Shown: in pieces, positions 37,937 through 50,712 of the stretch
Position numbering within the stretch: the stretch's first letter is position 1
How the letters are laid out: each line of letters starts with the position of its first letter
Origin: Phycisphaerae bacterium
GTDB taxonomy: Bacteria > Planctomycetota > Phycisphaerae > UBA1845 > Fen-1342
DNA length: 64,000 nt
Assembly (NCBI GenBank): GCA_963666925.2
Contig: CAXXTC010000006.1
Location: 69,197-133,196 of the forward strand
Reading direction: 5' to 3'
Notes under the pieces: generated by a model
What the model was told of the DNA's origin: nothing
The model's database searches: none
What the model saw: only the letters and a program-made list of their open reading frames with translations
Program-made: the position numbers and the translations under genes

Positions 37937-40682
37937 ATGAGTTCACAACCGGCCCCTCAGGAACCAGCAACCCGCGGACTCGCCCGGAGCCTCTCACAGG
38001 CCACACTCATCCTGGCACTACTCCTCCTGGCCGCTACGTTTTTCCTCATCAGCCCCCCGCCCGGACGAACCTACCCCAGCGCCATCCCCTGGGACAACTC
38101 CTCAATCCTACACCCGATCACCGAACTGATGTCGTTCAACGGCACCTTCGCCACCATCCGCGGCGTAGAGATTAAAGAGCTCGCCCTGCACCTCGCCGCC
38201 GGCATCGGTCTGCTCCTGTTCGCCCTGCGAATCGCAATGACACGCGTCTGGCGCATGCCCCGCGGCGAAGCCGGCGTGGTCTACGCTCAACTCCTGCTCG
38301 CCGCCTGGGTGCTCCTCGAACTGCTCAGCGTGTTCTGGTCCAGCGATCCCGATCTCACCCGCAGCCAAACGCTGATCTACGCCCTCGCGCTGGCCTGGGC
38401 CATCAGCCTCGCCGGCAACCTCCGCCACCGCTCCGCCACCCACCTGCTCGCCGGACTCATCACGATCACCACGCTCGGGGCAATCCTGAGCATCTGGTAC
38501 TACTACGAGCGCAATCCGTTCCACCGCGCCAGCTTCCCCATCGGCAACCCCACCTCGCTCGCCGCCGTATTGCTGCCCGCGATCATCTGCACGCTCGGCT
38601 ACCTCGCCCACACTCTGCTGGAGTGGCGCCGCGGAAAAAACACGCCCAACTATGCGCTCCTCGTCGCCGCCATGTTCGCCCTCCTCCCGCTGATCTGGTG
38701 CTTCGTCCTGACCCGCGGCCGCGGTGCCACCCTCGCACTCGCCGTCGGCCTGGCAACCATGCTCATCTACACCGCCGGACGACGCACCCGCTGGCTCCTC
38801 GCCATCGGACTCGGCCTCGGCATCCTCCTCTCCGGCTTCGGCGTCTATTACAGCTCCCGGCTCGACGTCACCATGGCCCGCGGAGCCGCCATGCGATTCC
38901 GCCTCTACGCCTGGCGTTACGCCACCCAGTTGTGGCAGTCCCGACCCTATGGCGGACACGGCGCCGGCAGCTACCCACGCCTCGCCGGCCAGTATTCCGT
39001 CCGCGACCAGTCCCTCGACCCTGGCGCTTTTATGGGGCGTATCGTCGAACACGCCCACAACGAACTGTTCGAAATCATCTCCGAAGTCGGAATCACCGGC
39101 GGGATTGCGTACGTCGGAGGGTTCGTGGCGACGTTCCTGGCCGCCGCCGCCCTGCTGCGCAGAAGCCCGCCGGGAACACAACGCTGGCTGGTCGTCGGAC
39201 TGGTCGGCAGCTTGGCGGCACTGCTCGCCGACAGTCTGGTCGGCTCCGCTCAACGTCTGCCGGGGGCGCCGGCAATTTTGTTTACCCTGCTGGGAATGTT
39301 GTGGTGTGTCTGCAACCGGCCACCCGCGACCGACGAACCGGCCCCTGCCCCCATCGCCGGCCGACGACTACTACCGCTGGCTGCCGCCATCGTTTGCGCA
39401 CTCGCCGGATTGACCGCCACCGCCGTCGCCATCCGCGGCTACCGCGGCAACTTGTACGAACTGCGCGCTCAAACGGACATCCAACAAGGCGCGCTCACCG
39501 CTGCACTCAACGACAGCCGCGCCGCCGAGGAACTCTCGCTCGACCCCGTAAGCAAACTGGCGATGCGGCACACGGCCCTGGAAGTTCGGCTGGCACTCGC
39601 GCGACAAGCGTTCAGCAATTTCATCGAGGTGACGGCCGCCATCACCACGGCGCCGGCCAGTCCGGATCAGGACCCGCGACCGGCCGCCTGGAAGAATGCC
39701 GTCCGCCAGGCGCAGCAAACCTACGAAGCCGCCCTGGAGTTGCTTCGGCTCGTACCGGCGCTGGAGCGGACCGACGTGATGGCAGCCCGGGTGGCCGAGC
39801 TGCTGGCCGAGCTGCATCATCGCGCCGGGCGCGACGATGCGGCCCGGCAATGGTCGCTGGTCGCCGAAAAAGCCTGGCGCCGCCAGCAACAGCGCACGCC
39901 GTTTGATGTTGAAACGCTGCTGGCGCTGACCAGCGCGCAGTATCACCCGTCGCTGGAAGCGCACGTGGCGCTGCTGCGCGATGCGCCTGCGTTTTCGCGA
40001 CGAGGCGGACTTCGCGGACGCCCCGCAGTACTGGCAAGACTCGCTGCGCCGCGCCGCCGACCGGCCAAAATTCACCGAAGCGCTCGAACAGCTTCTCAAC
40101 GAGGTTGGGCCGATGTCGCCGCAAACCGATGTGGACGCGCTGGTGGCGTCGCGCGCGCCGGAGATGCATCGTCTGGTGGCCGCGTGGCTGGCGCTGCGCG
40201 GGGAATATGCCGACGCGGCGCATCAGGCGGAACTGGCCGCGGCGCTGTATGAGCCGCTGCGTCCACGGTTTCCGCGGTTGTACCCGGTGGCGCTGGCGGA
40301 GCAGGCCGAGTATCTGCTTCAGGCCGACGTAAACAACGCGGCCGAATGCGTGGAGCTGTTGCGTGTTGCGATTGCGGCGTTGCCGACCATCCAGGCCGAA
40401 AAGTATGAGCATATGCTGCGGCCATATCGTTTTCGGCTGGCTTTGGCGTTGATTGCTGCCGGTCGGTCGGCGGAGGTCGTACCGTTGGTGCGAGCCGGGC
40501 TGGGCGAGCTGGCGGCGCGCGACGAGATGGTCGCGCGGACGCTGTCGTTTTTGCTGAGTGACGCACGGTCGCGGGGCGTGTTGCCGGAGCGCCTGGCGCA
40601 GGTGCGCAGCACGCTGTGCGGCGAGTTGCCCGAGCTGTGTGAGCAAGCGAGCGAGCCAGCACCAACTACACAATCGCAATAG
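37937..40682 (+). CDS. O-antigen ligase (Wzy_C)-like membrane protein with helical/TPR-like tail; apparent frameshift near 39987
   Basis: Many TM; GNP, TRGRG, R..AW, GHGAGSY, HAHNE motifs. ...LLRDA joins LRFRDEADF after removing one C. Confidence 0.82.
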
Positions 40683-40684
40683 CA

Positions 40685-40981
40685 TCAGTCCACCAACTCG
40701 TAGCTGACCCAGACGGTGACAGCGCCGGTGCCGGTGTTTTCGAGCACGAGGTCGGCATCGCGTACGGTCTGTGGCTGGTCGTCGGCGGCTTCGAAGCGGA
40801 GGTCGATGGGGCCGGTGGAGTTCTGGAGGTCGGCCAGGATGGCGGTGGTTCCGGAACGGACGCGGATGGCCGCGCTGCTGCTGCGGGAGATGATGATGCG
40901 GCGCAGGCGGATGATCTTCTCGCGAGGGTTGGCAGCTGCGACGACGGTACTACTGGCGTTTACAGTGTCGAGGAAAGTCAT
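40685..40981 (-). CDS. Hypothetical small beta-rich protein
   Basis: 98 aa from ATG 40981 with AGAGAGG upstream; stop abuts the convergent gene. Confidence 0.6.
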   Translation of the reverse strand: MTFLDTVNASSTVVAAANPREKIIRLRRIIISRSSSAAIRVRSGTTAILADLQNSTGPIDLRFEAADDQPQTVRDADLVLENTGTGAVTVWVSYELVD

Positions 40982-41251
40982 GAGGGCGGCCCTCTCTCTG
41001 GGCTCGGTGCGGGGACGGATCACGAGGTCCGGGCCACACGCGGCCAAAACTGGCACTTCTCTGTCAAGAAGTATGCACCCAAAAACAGCTCGCGTCGGCC
41101 CGAACTCGCTGGCTGGCGAAATCTGTTGGATTCTGGCGGATTCTGGCGATTTTTGTACACCTATGGCGCGGGTCGAACTTGCCTGCGCGGGGGCTGGAAG
41201 TGATGATGGGACATCAATTGCAGGCAGCGACGCAGCGGGCCGGAGGATCTG

Positions 41252-42100
41252 ATGAACGAATCAGGGGCACCAACAACGCTGACGAGCGAGACGCCACTCG
41301 AGGAGGGGTTGCATTGTCCGGATTGCGATTATGACCTGCGGGGCCTGACGGGTGCGCGTTGTCCGGAGTGCGGTTTTGACCTGGCGCCGCTGCGTGCGTG
41401 TGAGCCGTTGATTCCGTGGTCGCAGCGCGGATCGCGGGGGTGGTTCGTGGCGTACTGGCAGACGGTATGGATGGCGTTGCACAGGCCGCGGCAGTTATGC
41501 CTGGAGATAGCCCGGCCGGTGAGCGGGCGGGACGCAGTGCTGTTTCTGCGAATCACGCAGGTTCTGGCGGCGTTGGGGTTGCTGGGGTCAATCGTGCTGG
41601 GGATGTGGCTGCTGGGGCCGAACGGGGAGGGGTTTGAGGAGCCGGGGCTGTGGGTCGGCGGCGGGCTGGCGTTATGGGTGTTGCTGGTGCTGCTGGTGAT
41701 GCCGCGGTTGATGAAAGCCCGGGTGCGAACGCGACACCTGACGGTGACGATGCACGAGCGGAGCCGATCGCTGCTGGATTATTCCTTCGCGCCGCTGGCG
41801 TTGTTACCGGCGCTGCCGGCGATTCAGTGGGCTGGCGCCTCGGCCGAGACTCAGGCGGGGATACCGACGATTCTCACGCATGGGCTGGTGGTGCCGGCGA
41901 TATTGCTGTTGATAACGATCTGGGTGGCGCGGCAGCACGGGCGGATGGCAGAGCGGCTACCGGTGGAGAAGCCGGCGTTGTTTTCGTGGGCGACGCTGGG
42001 TGACACGCTTCTGTACCTGGTGGTTGTCTTCGGGCTGGCGCTGGTGCCGCTGTCGGTGTTCTACGTTGTGCTGATCGTGGTGAGCTTTAAGGGGTTGTGA
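41252..42100 (+). CDS. Zinc-finger membrane protein
   Basis: CPDCDYDLRGLTGARCPECG followed by about 5 TM; GGAGG SD. Confidence 0.82.
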   Translation: MNESGAPTTLTSETPLEEGLHCPDCDYDLRGLTGARCPECGFDLAPLRACEPLIPWSQRGSRGWFVAYWQTVWMALHRPRQLCLEIARPVSGRDAVLFLRITQVLAALGLLGSIVLGMWLLGPNGEGFEEPGLWVGGGLALWVLLVLLVMPRLMKARVRTRHLTVTMHERSRSLLDYSFAPLALLPALPAIQWAGASAETQAGIPTILTHGLVVPAILLLITIWVARQHGRMAERLPVEKPALFSWATLGDTLLYLVVVFGLALVPLSVFYVVLIVVSFKGL

Positions 42101-42292
42101 GGGGGGAGAGGGAATGGCGGAAGGATGAAGGCGGAGGGATGAATGGGCACGGGGTGTTCTCGGCGATTGTGTGCGGTTACTGGTGATTTATGCGGCTCCT
42201 GGTAACCTGCGGGCCCGGTTGCGTTCAGGCACCGCGTTGGGGGTCATTATCGGAGGGCTCCTCAGCAGAATTCGTGGGTACTTCCGGGGTAC

Positions 42293-42385
42293 TAGAGCGC
42301 TTCCAACGAACTCGTAGCGTCTTAACTCTAAGTGTCCTGGAGAATGCGGCAGGGAGGTCGCTACAAGTAAGTAGAGCTTGCTCTA
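42293..42385. mobile_element. MITE-like dispersed repeat, copy 1 (TAGAGC...GCTCTA)
   Basis: Aligns end to end with 60360-60454; terminal IR plus internal IR ACTCGTAGCG/CGCTACAAGT. Confidence 0.75.
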
Positions 42386-42502
42386 TCTCTGGCCGCGAGC
42401 GATTCCGTTGCCGATCTTCTGCGACTTCCAAGTGCCCCCGAGGTCGCTTCGTTTCGACAGCCGGTTTTGGGCAAGCCGTCCGGCCCCCCCGCCGCCCTGG
42501 GC

Positions 42503-42604
42503 CTGGTGCACGGCCAGCAGCCCGCCGATACCGCCGGCATTCTGGAGCGATACGTCGCCGGACGCCGCTGCGCCACCCAAACCGGCGAGGTCGAGGCCCC
42601 AGAT
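42503..42604 (-). pseudogene. Fragment of an RHS-repeat protein gene
   Basis: IWGLDLAG...SLQNAGGIGGLLAV resembles the WGLDLSG..QGAGGxGGLL motif that precedes RHS cores in PVC bacteria; no surrounding long ORF. Confidence 0.65.
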
Positions 42605-43062
42605 GTCCCCGGCGTTGCGGGGCTGGACATCGATCGAGCACGTTCGGGCAATGGCCATCAAACGGCGTGATGCGGCGGCCCGCGTGGCGGGCCGAACGGG
42701 CCGGCAAAAAACGAGCGTTTGGCTGCTGGGCGCGTATGCGCGCTACGAGCGGCAGAGGTTTAAAATGCGCTGATTTCGTCGGCGTCAGGCCTCTCCTGGG
42801 CTGTTCGTGGCTGAGCGTCTCCCAAGCGCCCGACCAAACCAGGCAAATCAGCCCCCGAGCAATTCCCGCACTGGACACCATTAGTTTTTGACCGGTGGGT
42901 CATGCCGGCAACGAGTCCCAATGCCACGGCTATCGGGTAGGCTCCGCTTTCATCCGGAATGGTGCACGAAGTCCATGTGGCCTGAGTGTAGCCCGGAGCC
43001 AAGATACAATGTGCCCTGGGCCAATAGCCCGTGTACCGCTCATGGTCCTGAATGCCCGCGGT

Positions 43063-43527
43063 TCAATTGACCCAGGCGCTCCCCAGCGGCACCGCGATCT
43101 CCCGTTCAAGCCGCAGCCGATCGATTTGGGCCTTGCACCCCCGAATCCACGACTTGATCAGGGTGGTGCGGGGGGAGAACCCGCGGAACTCTCGCAGGCG
43201 CTGGGCCAGCGTGTCCGGGATCGCTCGGTCCAGCTCGTCCGCGGTGGTTATGTTGCATTTCCACAATGCTGCCAGACGCCGCTTGGCGTTCGGGTCTGCC
43301 GGCGACAGCCCGTTCAGATCTAGCAGCGATACCACCTGGCCGGCGGCATTCTCATGAGCGCGCACGCGCAGTACGTACGGCTCGATTCCACGTGTGTTCA
43401 GGGGATTCCCCGTATACACTTCCATGCGATTCACGGCCTCGCCTCCATGCGTAAGCCTGGGAACGGCATCCTGCCGTCCGTCGCCGGGCCCGCCCGGCCC
43501 GACATCCTGATGATTCAACAACAGCAC
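43063..43527 (-). CDS. Hypothetical protein with HhH/DUF4332-like C-terminus
   Basis: GGAGG SD; NITTADELDRAIPDTL...P....IKSWIRGCK pattern. Confidence 0.45.
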   Translation of the reverse strand: MLLLNHQDVGPGGPGDGRQDAVPRLTHGGEAVNRMEVYTGNPLNTRGIEPYVLRVRAHENAAGQVVSLLDLNGLSPADPNAKRRLAALWKCNITTADELDRAIPDTLAQRLREFRGFSPRTTLIKSWIRGCKAQIDRLRLEREIAVPLGSAWVN

Positions 43528-43827
43528 GGCACGCCGACCTCCTGTCGGCCGGCCGCTGGGTCGGCCCCGCGGTCACCTGTCAGCATGGCCGGGAACCATT
43601 CGCTGAGGGCAGGGATGATACCCAAGCACGAGCTTGAAGCATCCTCCATTGCAATGATCAGTATACCGCTGACATACGCGAACGACCAGTGAATCTACAC
43701 CTCAGTTTGCGATACAAAACGAGTTGTTGATTGACAGGCAACGTTCGCTCACACAGCGCAAACGCCATCACTGCGCAATCCATGCGCAGCGCTGTCAACG
43801 GATTTCTTGGTAGAACCCCCTCTAATC

Positions 43828-43872
43828 GCAGCCGGGGTGCCCGCTGCGCGAAACAGTGGGCACCCCGGTTGC
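43828..43872 (-). terminator. Strong hairpin downstream of the DUF1573 pair
   Basis: GCAGCCGGGGTGCCCGCTG-N7-CAGTGGGCACCCCGGTTGC, about 30 bp after the stop; no clear U-tract. Confidence 0.55.
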
Positions 43873-43904
43873 TGCGTTAGCCGGCGATAATCAGGAGCGG
43901 ATCG

Positions 43905-45071
43905 CTATTCCTTCGCCTTCACCGTCTCGTTTGCATTGTCCTTAGGCTTATCTTTCGAGTTTTCCTGCACCGGATGTCTTGCCTTGCCCTTTGTTCCGTT
44001 CTTCAGCTCGTCTGGCAGGTCCGGGCTACCGCCGAAGTTGTCCGGATCAAACTTGATGATCTTCACCGTCAGTTCCGAGAATTCCTTGTCGTCGGTGTGT
44101 ATCACCACCTGGGCGCCTTCGTCCGGAACTTCGGCGTACGCCGGCAAATTGACACGCACGGTGTGAAATGCCACCAATGCGTCCCCACGTGGGGGCGCCG
44201 GCGGTAGCACGGTGCATTCAACTCCCGGGCAGGTTGATTCGATCTTCTCGATCTTCAGCGGCTCGTCCGCCCGGTACTGGACACGCACCGTACGGGCGGC
44301 TTGCTTCGTTATCCGCGGCGTCACCGTCAGACGCGTCGGCCGCAGCACCACACGAGGCTCCACCCGTGCCGACAGGCTGAAGGTCAGCACCGGCAGATCC
44401 TCCTGGCTCGTCTCCACGATCACCTTGTCACGCGTGAATCCTTGCGACAGCGGCGGAACCGTCGTCACGATCAGGTCATACTCAGAACCCGCCACCGTCG
44501 GCCTCAGCTCTGCCGCGAAATGTGACTCCTCCGAGCCGGACCGAATACGCAGATCCAGCGGCTCGGTGTACTGGTTCTTCAGGTGAATCGTTCGGCTGGC
44601 AACACTGTCCGGCGACAGGCCGTACATCGTCAGCCGATAACCCGGGTCAGCCGTGAAAATCGGCATGACCTCGCCCTTCACCTGGATCACGGCCCGCGGC
44701 TGATGTGGGTCGTTGGTCATCAGCGTGACCCGCTTGCGTGCCGTGCCAACACGCAGCGTGTCGTACGTGATCGTGAACTTGCTCGACTCGCCCGGGCCCA
44801 ACGGACTCTGCGGACGCGTCACCACCGTGCAGCCGCACGAACTCTTCACGTCAATTGTCAGCGGGCTCTGCCCACCGTTCCGGACCGTGAATTCTCGCTT
44901 CGCGCCCGCACCCTGCCAAATCGTGCCAAAGTCGAACTGATCGGGCGATAGCTCCAGAATCGGCGACCGTGCCTGTTCACCTTGTGGCGGCTGATCGTTG
45001 TCCGCTGGCGCCAGCGCCAGCACCTGGCCCGCTCCCGACAACAGCCCCACAATCATCAGCAATCTGAGCAT
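43905..45071 (-). CDS. Secreted DUF1573 / Ig-like domain protein
   Basis: Signal peptide, FDFGTIWQG, NxGxxPL, SSCGCT, LGPGE, TNDP. Confidence 0.88.
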   Translation of the reverse strand: MLRLLMIVGLLSGAGQVLALAPADNDQPPQGEQARSPILELSPDQFDFGTIWQGAGAKREFTVRNGGQSPLTIDVKSSCGCTVVTRPQSPLGPGESSKFTITYDTLRVGTARKRVTLMTNDPHQPRAVIQVKGEVMPIFTADPGYRLTMYGLSPDSVASRTIHLKNQYTEPLDLRIRSGSEESHFAAELRPTVAGSEYDLIVTTVPPLSQGFTRDKVIVETSQEDLPVLTFSLSARVEPRVVLRPTRLTVTPRITKQAARTVRVQYRADEPLKIEKIESTCPGVECTVLPPAPPRGDALVAFHTVRVNLPAYAEVPDEGAQVVIHTDDKEFSELTVKIIKFDPDNFGGSPDLPDELKNGTKGKARHPVQENSKDKPKDNANETVKAKE

Positions 45072-45107
45072 CTTTACAAATCTCCTTGTCAGTTCGACAC
45101 GGTCATA

Positions 45108-46238
45108 CTACTTGTTGCTCTTGGCGTCACCCTGTGCCTCGTGCCGCACGTTGGGCTCGAGCCGTTTCACCTCACGCCTGGCCACCTTCAGCTCCAGATG
45201 CTGATAGTCGGGGTCGGCGGAGTTCGTGTAGATATCAACTACCACCGGCTCTTCAGGCATCTCCGCGTACGGCGGGCAGGACACACGCAACTCGTACCGC
45301 TTGATCTTCAGACCCCGCCGCTTTGCGTCCAGGCCCACCAGTGTCGCCTCGACCAGCTTGTTGTTCGACTCCACCCGCTCAATCTCGATCGCGTCCTTGG
45401 CCCGGAAGTGCACCCAAACCGGGTAGTCGGTCCGCTCTGCCACCGGCGGCAGAACATACAGCGTCGCCGGCGTGACGAACACGCTCGGCGTGACATTGGC
45501 GGAAACCGCGTACATCAGCCGCGGAACCTCCTTCAAATCCGTTTCCAGCCACACCATCCGACGATTCCACCCACGCTTCAACGGCGGCTCCGTCGTGGCC
45601 CGCAACTCGTACTTCCGCCCCGGCTCCAGCTCACGCAGCTCAATCCTGAACGGCGCCTTCTGATCCTGCTTTAGCATCAGCTTGACTGGGTCGGGGTGCT
45701 GGTTCTCCAGGATGATCGACTGCGTCGCCTCCGTGTTGACCTTCGCCTCGTCAAACTTGATGAAATCCTCCGGGCTGCCCTGATACAGCGGCTTAACCTC
45801 ACCCTGCACAAACAGCACGATCTTGTCCATGTCCGGATCGTTGCTCGTTATGGTCACACGCTTGCGCGCCTTGCCGAATCGCTTCGTGTCATACGTGACC
45901 TTGAACGTAGTCGCCTCACCCGGGGCCAGCGGCGACTTCGGCTCCGTCAGCGTCGTGCAGCCGCACGACGCCTTCAACGTGAATGCCAACGGGGCGTCCC
46001 CGGTGTTCTTGACCGTGAACTCCTTCGTCGCCTCCACCCCTTGCCAGATCGTCCCGAAGTCGAAGATATCGGGCGTGACCTCGATATTTGGCTGCCCAAC
46101 CTGGGCATCTTGCGACTGTCCGGCCTGGGGTTTGGTGGTCTCGTCGGTGCTCTGACCGACCGTCGACGTCGCCAGCGCGCCCAGCGCGGCGAATGTCATC
46201 AGTACACGAAACAGGGGGGACTGATTCTGATATGTCAT
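45108..46238 (-). CDS. Secreted DUF1573 / Ig-like domain protein (tandem paralog)
   Basis: FDFGTIWQG, NTGDAPL, ASCGCT, LAPGE, SNDP; collinear with the neighbour. Confidence 0.88.
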   Translation of the reverse strand: MTYQNQSPLFRVLMTFAALGALATSTVGQSTDETTKPQAGQSQDAQVGQPNIEVTPDIFDFGTIWQGVEATKEFTVKNTGDAPLAFTLKASCGCTTLTEPKSPLAPGEATTFKVTYDTKRFGKARKRVTITSNDPDMDKIVLFVQGEVKPLYQGSPEDFIKFDEAKVNTEATQSIILENQHPDPVKLMLKQDQKAPFRIELRELEPGRKYELRATTEPPLKRGWNRRMVWLETDLKEVPRLMYAVSANVTPSVFVTPATLYVLPPVAERTDYPVWVHFRAKDAIEIERVESNNKLVEATLVGLDAKRRGLKIKRYELRVSCPPYAEMPEEPVVVDIYTNSADPDYQHLELKVARREVKRLEPNVRHEAQGDAKSNK

Positions 46239-46569
46239 AACCAAGCAACCTCTAGATCATCGGAATCACCGGCCTGTGAGGGGCGCGAACCGCCGTTCGG
46301 CCCGAGCAGCGATTTTATCCACGCCAGACTATTCACACCAGTCCCCGCCGCGCTCGGCCACCCGCACAGGCAGCGTTAGGGGGGCGGGCGGCAGATTGCC
46401 CAGAGCTACGGGCGACCCTCGACCAGGGCGGCCCCCGGCCGACGGTCGATTCGCGAAAGCCGTGCCGTAGGCCGCGATGGGAGGAAAGGCCCAGGAGGCC
46501 CGGGGGGGGATGGTGCGGAGTTGGATCAACCGGGGGGGCGACACTGACACACGGTTTGACCTGCCGCGC

Positions 46570-46610
46570 AAAAAAGGAGGCCCGGCGTTCCTTGCGGAAC
46601 GCCGGGCCTT
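46570..46610 (-). terminator. Intrinsic terminator of the rRNA unit
   Basis: AGGCCCGGCGTTCC-GCAA-GGAACGCCGGGCCT followed by CCTTTTTT on the minus strand, immediately after 5S. Confidence 0.9.
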
Positions 46611-46614
46611 ATAA

Positions 46615-46723
46615 GCCGGCAATCACCTACTCTCGCCCGATCAGGACTACCATCGGCCGTGCGAGCTTAACTACTGAGTTCGGAATGGGATCAGGTGTGG
46701 CCTCGCACGTAAAGTCACCGGCA
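46615..46723 (-). rRNA. rrf: 5S rRNA
   Basis: ACACCTGATCCCATTCCGAACTCAGTAGTTAAGC...CGATGGTAGT...GAGAGTAGG; the ends pair. Confidence 0.95.
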
Positions 46724-46856
46724 GTTCGTGTGCAAAGCCGTCGCCGGTGGGGCGACGGGTAACACGCACGGGTGAAAATCGTTCACAGGTGGGTAGCAGG
46801 ATCTGCGGATCTCACGAGCACTCAGTGAGGTCTGCGAGTCACAGCAATTCATAAAT

Positions 46857-49700
<2,844 letters not shown>

Positions 49701-50000
49701 ACATTTATGAATGGCTGTGGTCAACTCGTACCTCACTAAATTCAGTATTCAGTACTTGTGAGAGAACGGAGTTCGTTTAGGCACGTCCGCCATTAAGACG
49801 AACGTACGGTACCGACTCCGAAATCCGGAAGATACCTGCTAATACCCACCTATGAAGTTGTCATAGATCCATTCGCCAACGACCAGCGCCGTCAACGCTC
49901 GGCCGACTTCCGCCGACCTCCGCTCTCGCGGGCCTCGGGACACTCGAAAAGTGCCGCGAGGCTCACGCCCCTCGCTTCAAAAACTTCCCGACCCGCTGAT

Positions 50001-50073
50001 TGGAGCCGACCGGGATCGAACCGGCAACCTCCGCGTTGCAAACGCGGCGCTCTCCCGATTGAGCTACGGCCCC
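50001..50073 (-). tRNA. tRNA-Ala(TGC)
   Basis: GGGGCCGTAGCTCAATCGGGAGAGCGCCGCGTTTGCAACGCGGAGGTTGCCGGTTCGATCCCGGTCGGCTCCA; G3-U70 pair. Confidence 0.96.
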
Positions 50074-50241
50074 GGAGCTGGTCACCAGGCCACGCCTAGT
50101 CGCAACGACCGTTAGTGCCTCAGGTACCTCCACCGCTAAATAGCCGCCATACAAAAAATCCTAATATGGCCGCTACCGCTAGGTACTGTAGCACGCCCGC
50201 GTCCATGCCAGTCTCCGGCGATCCGGCTCGCCGATTGCAAT

Positions 50242-50315
50242 TGGGCCCGATAGGATTCGAACCTATGACCTCGTCCTTATCAGGGACGCGCTCTAACCAA
50301 CTGAGCTACGAGCCC
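50242..50315 (-). tRNA. tRNA-Ile(GAT)
   Basis: GGGCTCGTAGCTCAGTTGGTTAGAGCGCGTCCCTGATAAGGACGAGGTCATAGGTTCGAATCCTATCGGGCCCA. Confidence 0.96.
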
Positions 50316-50474
50316 GGGCTCGTCCGAGGTCCGGCACCAATCTACCGACCTTCGGTCGGTCGGGTCCACAACCCGCTGCATTGCGGCCCGGCACACGCGG
50401 GCATCGAACCTCACCATGTGGCCTGCCGTCTCTAAGCAGCGGAGCAAGCTCCACCGCGTCACGGGGAGCAATGT

Positions 50475-50502
50475 AATGTACCCAAACCACGGGCGATGTC
50501 AA
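50475..50502 (-). promoter_or_regulatory. Promoter of the tRNA-Ile/tRNA-Ala/23S/5S unit (TTGACA-16-TACATT)
   Basis: Consensus -35 and the 16-bp spacer typical of rrn promoters, 160 bp upstream of tRNA-Ile. Confidence 0.7.
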
Positions 50503-50712
50503 TACGCCTGCAACACAAAATTGCTCCCAATGACCCGAATTTTCGGACGGTCGCCAGCCACGCGCATAAGTGCCCATGCAAAAAGACGTTGCGCAGCCGC
50601 CCCAAGGCCGCTCGCTACCCCCGTTTTTGTCGCAACCGCGCCCGCCGGGGCCCGCCGACCAGATCTGCTCACCATGCCCCGCAAATCAAACTGCCAACAC
50701 AACGCCGCAGCC

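Noticed and set aside
46380..46560. RNase P RNA (GAGGAAAGGCC resembles GAGGAAAGTCC)
   Set aside because: Motif mismatch, no complementary 3' P4 signature, and too little space before the rRNA terminator.
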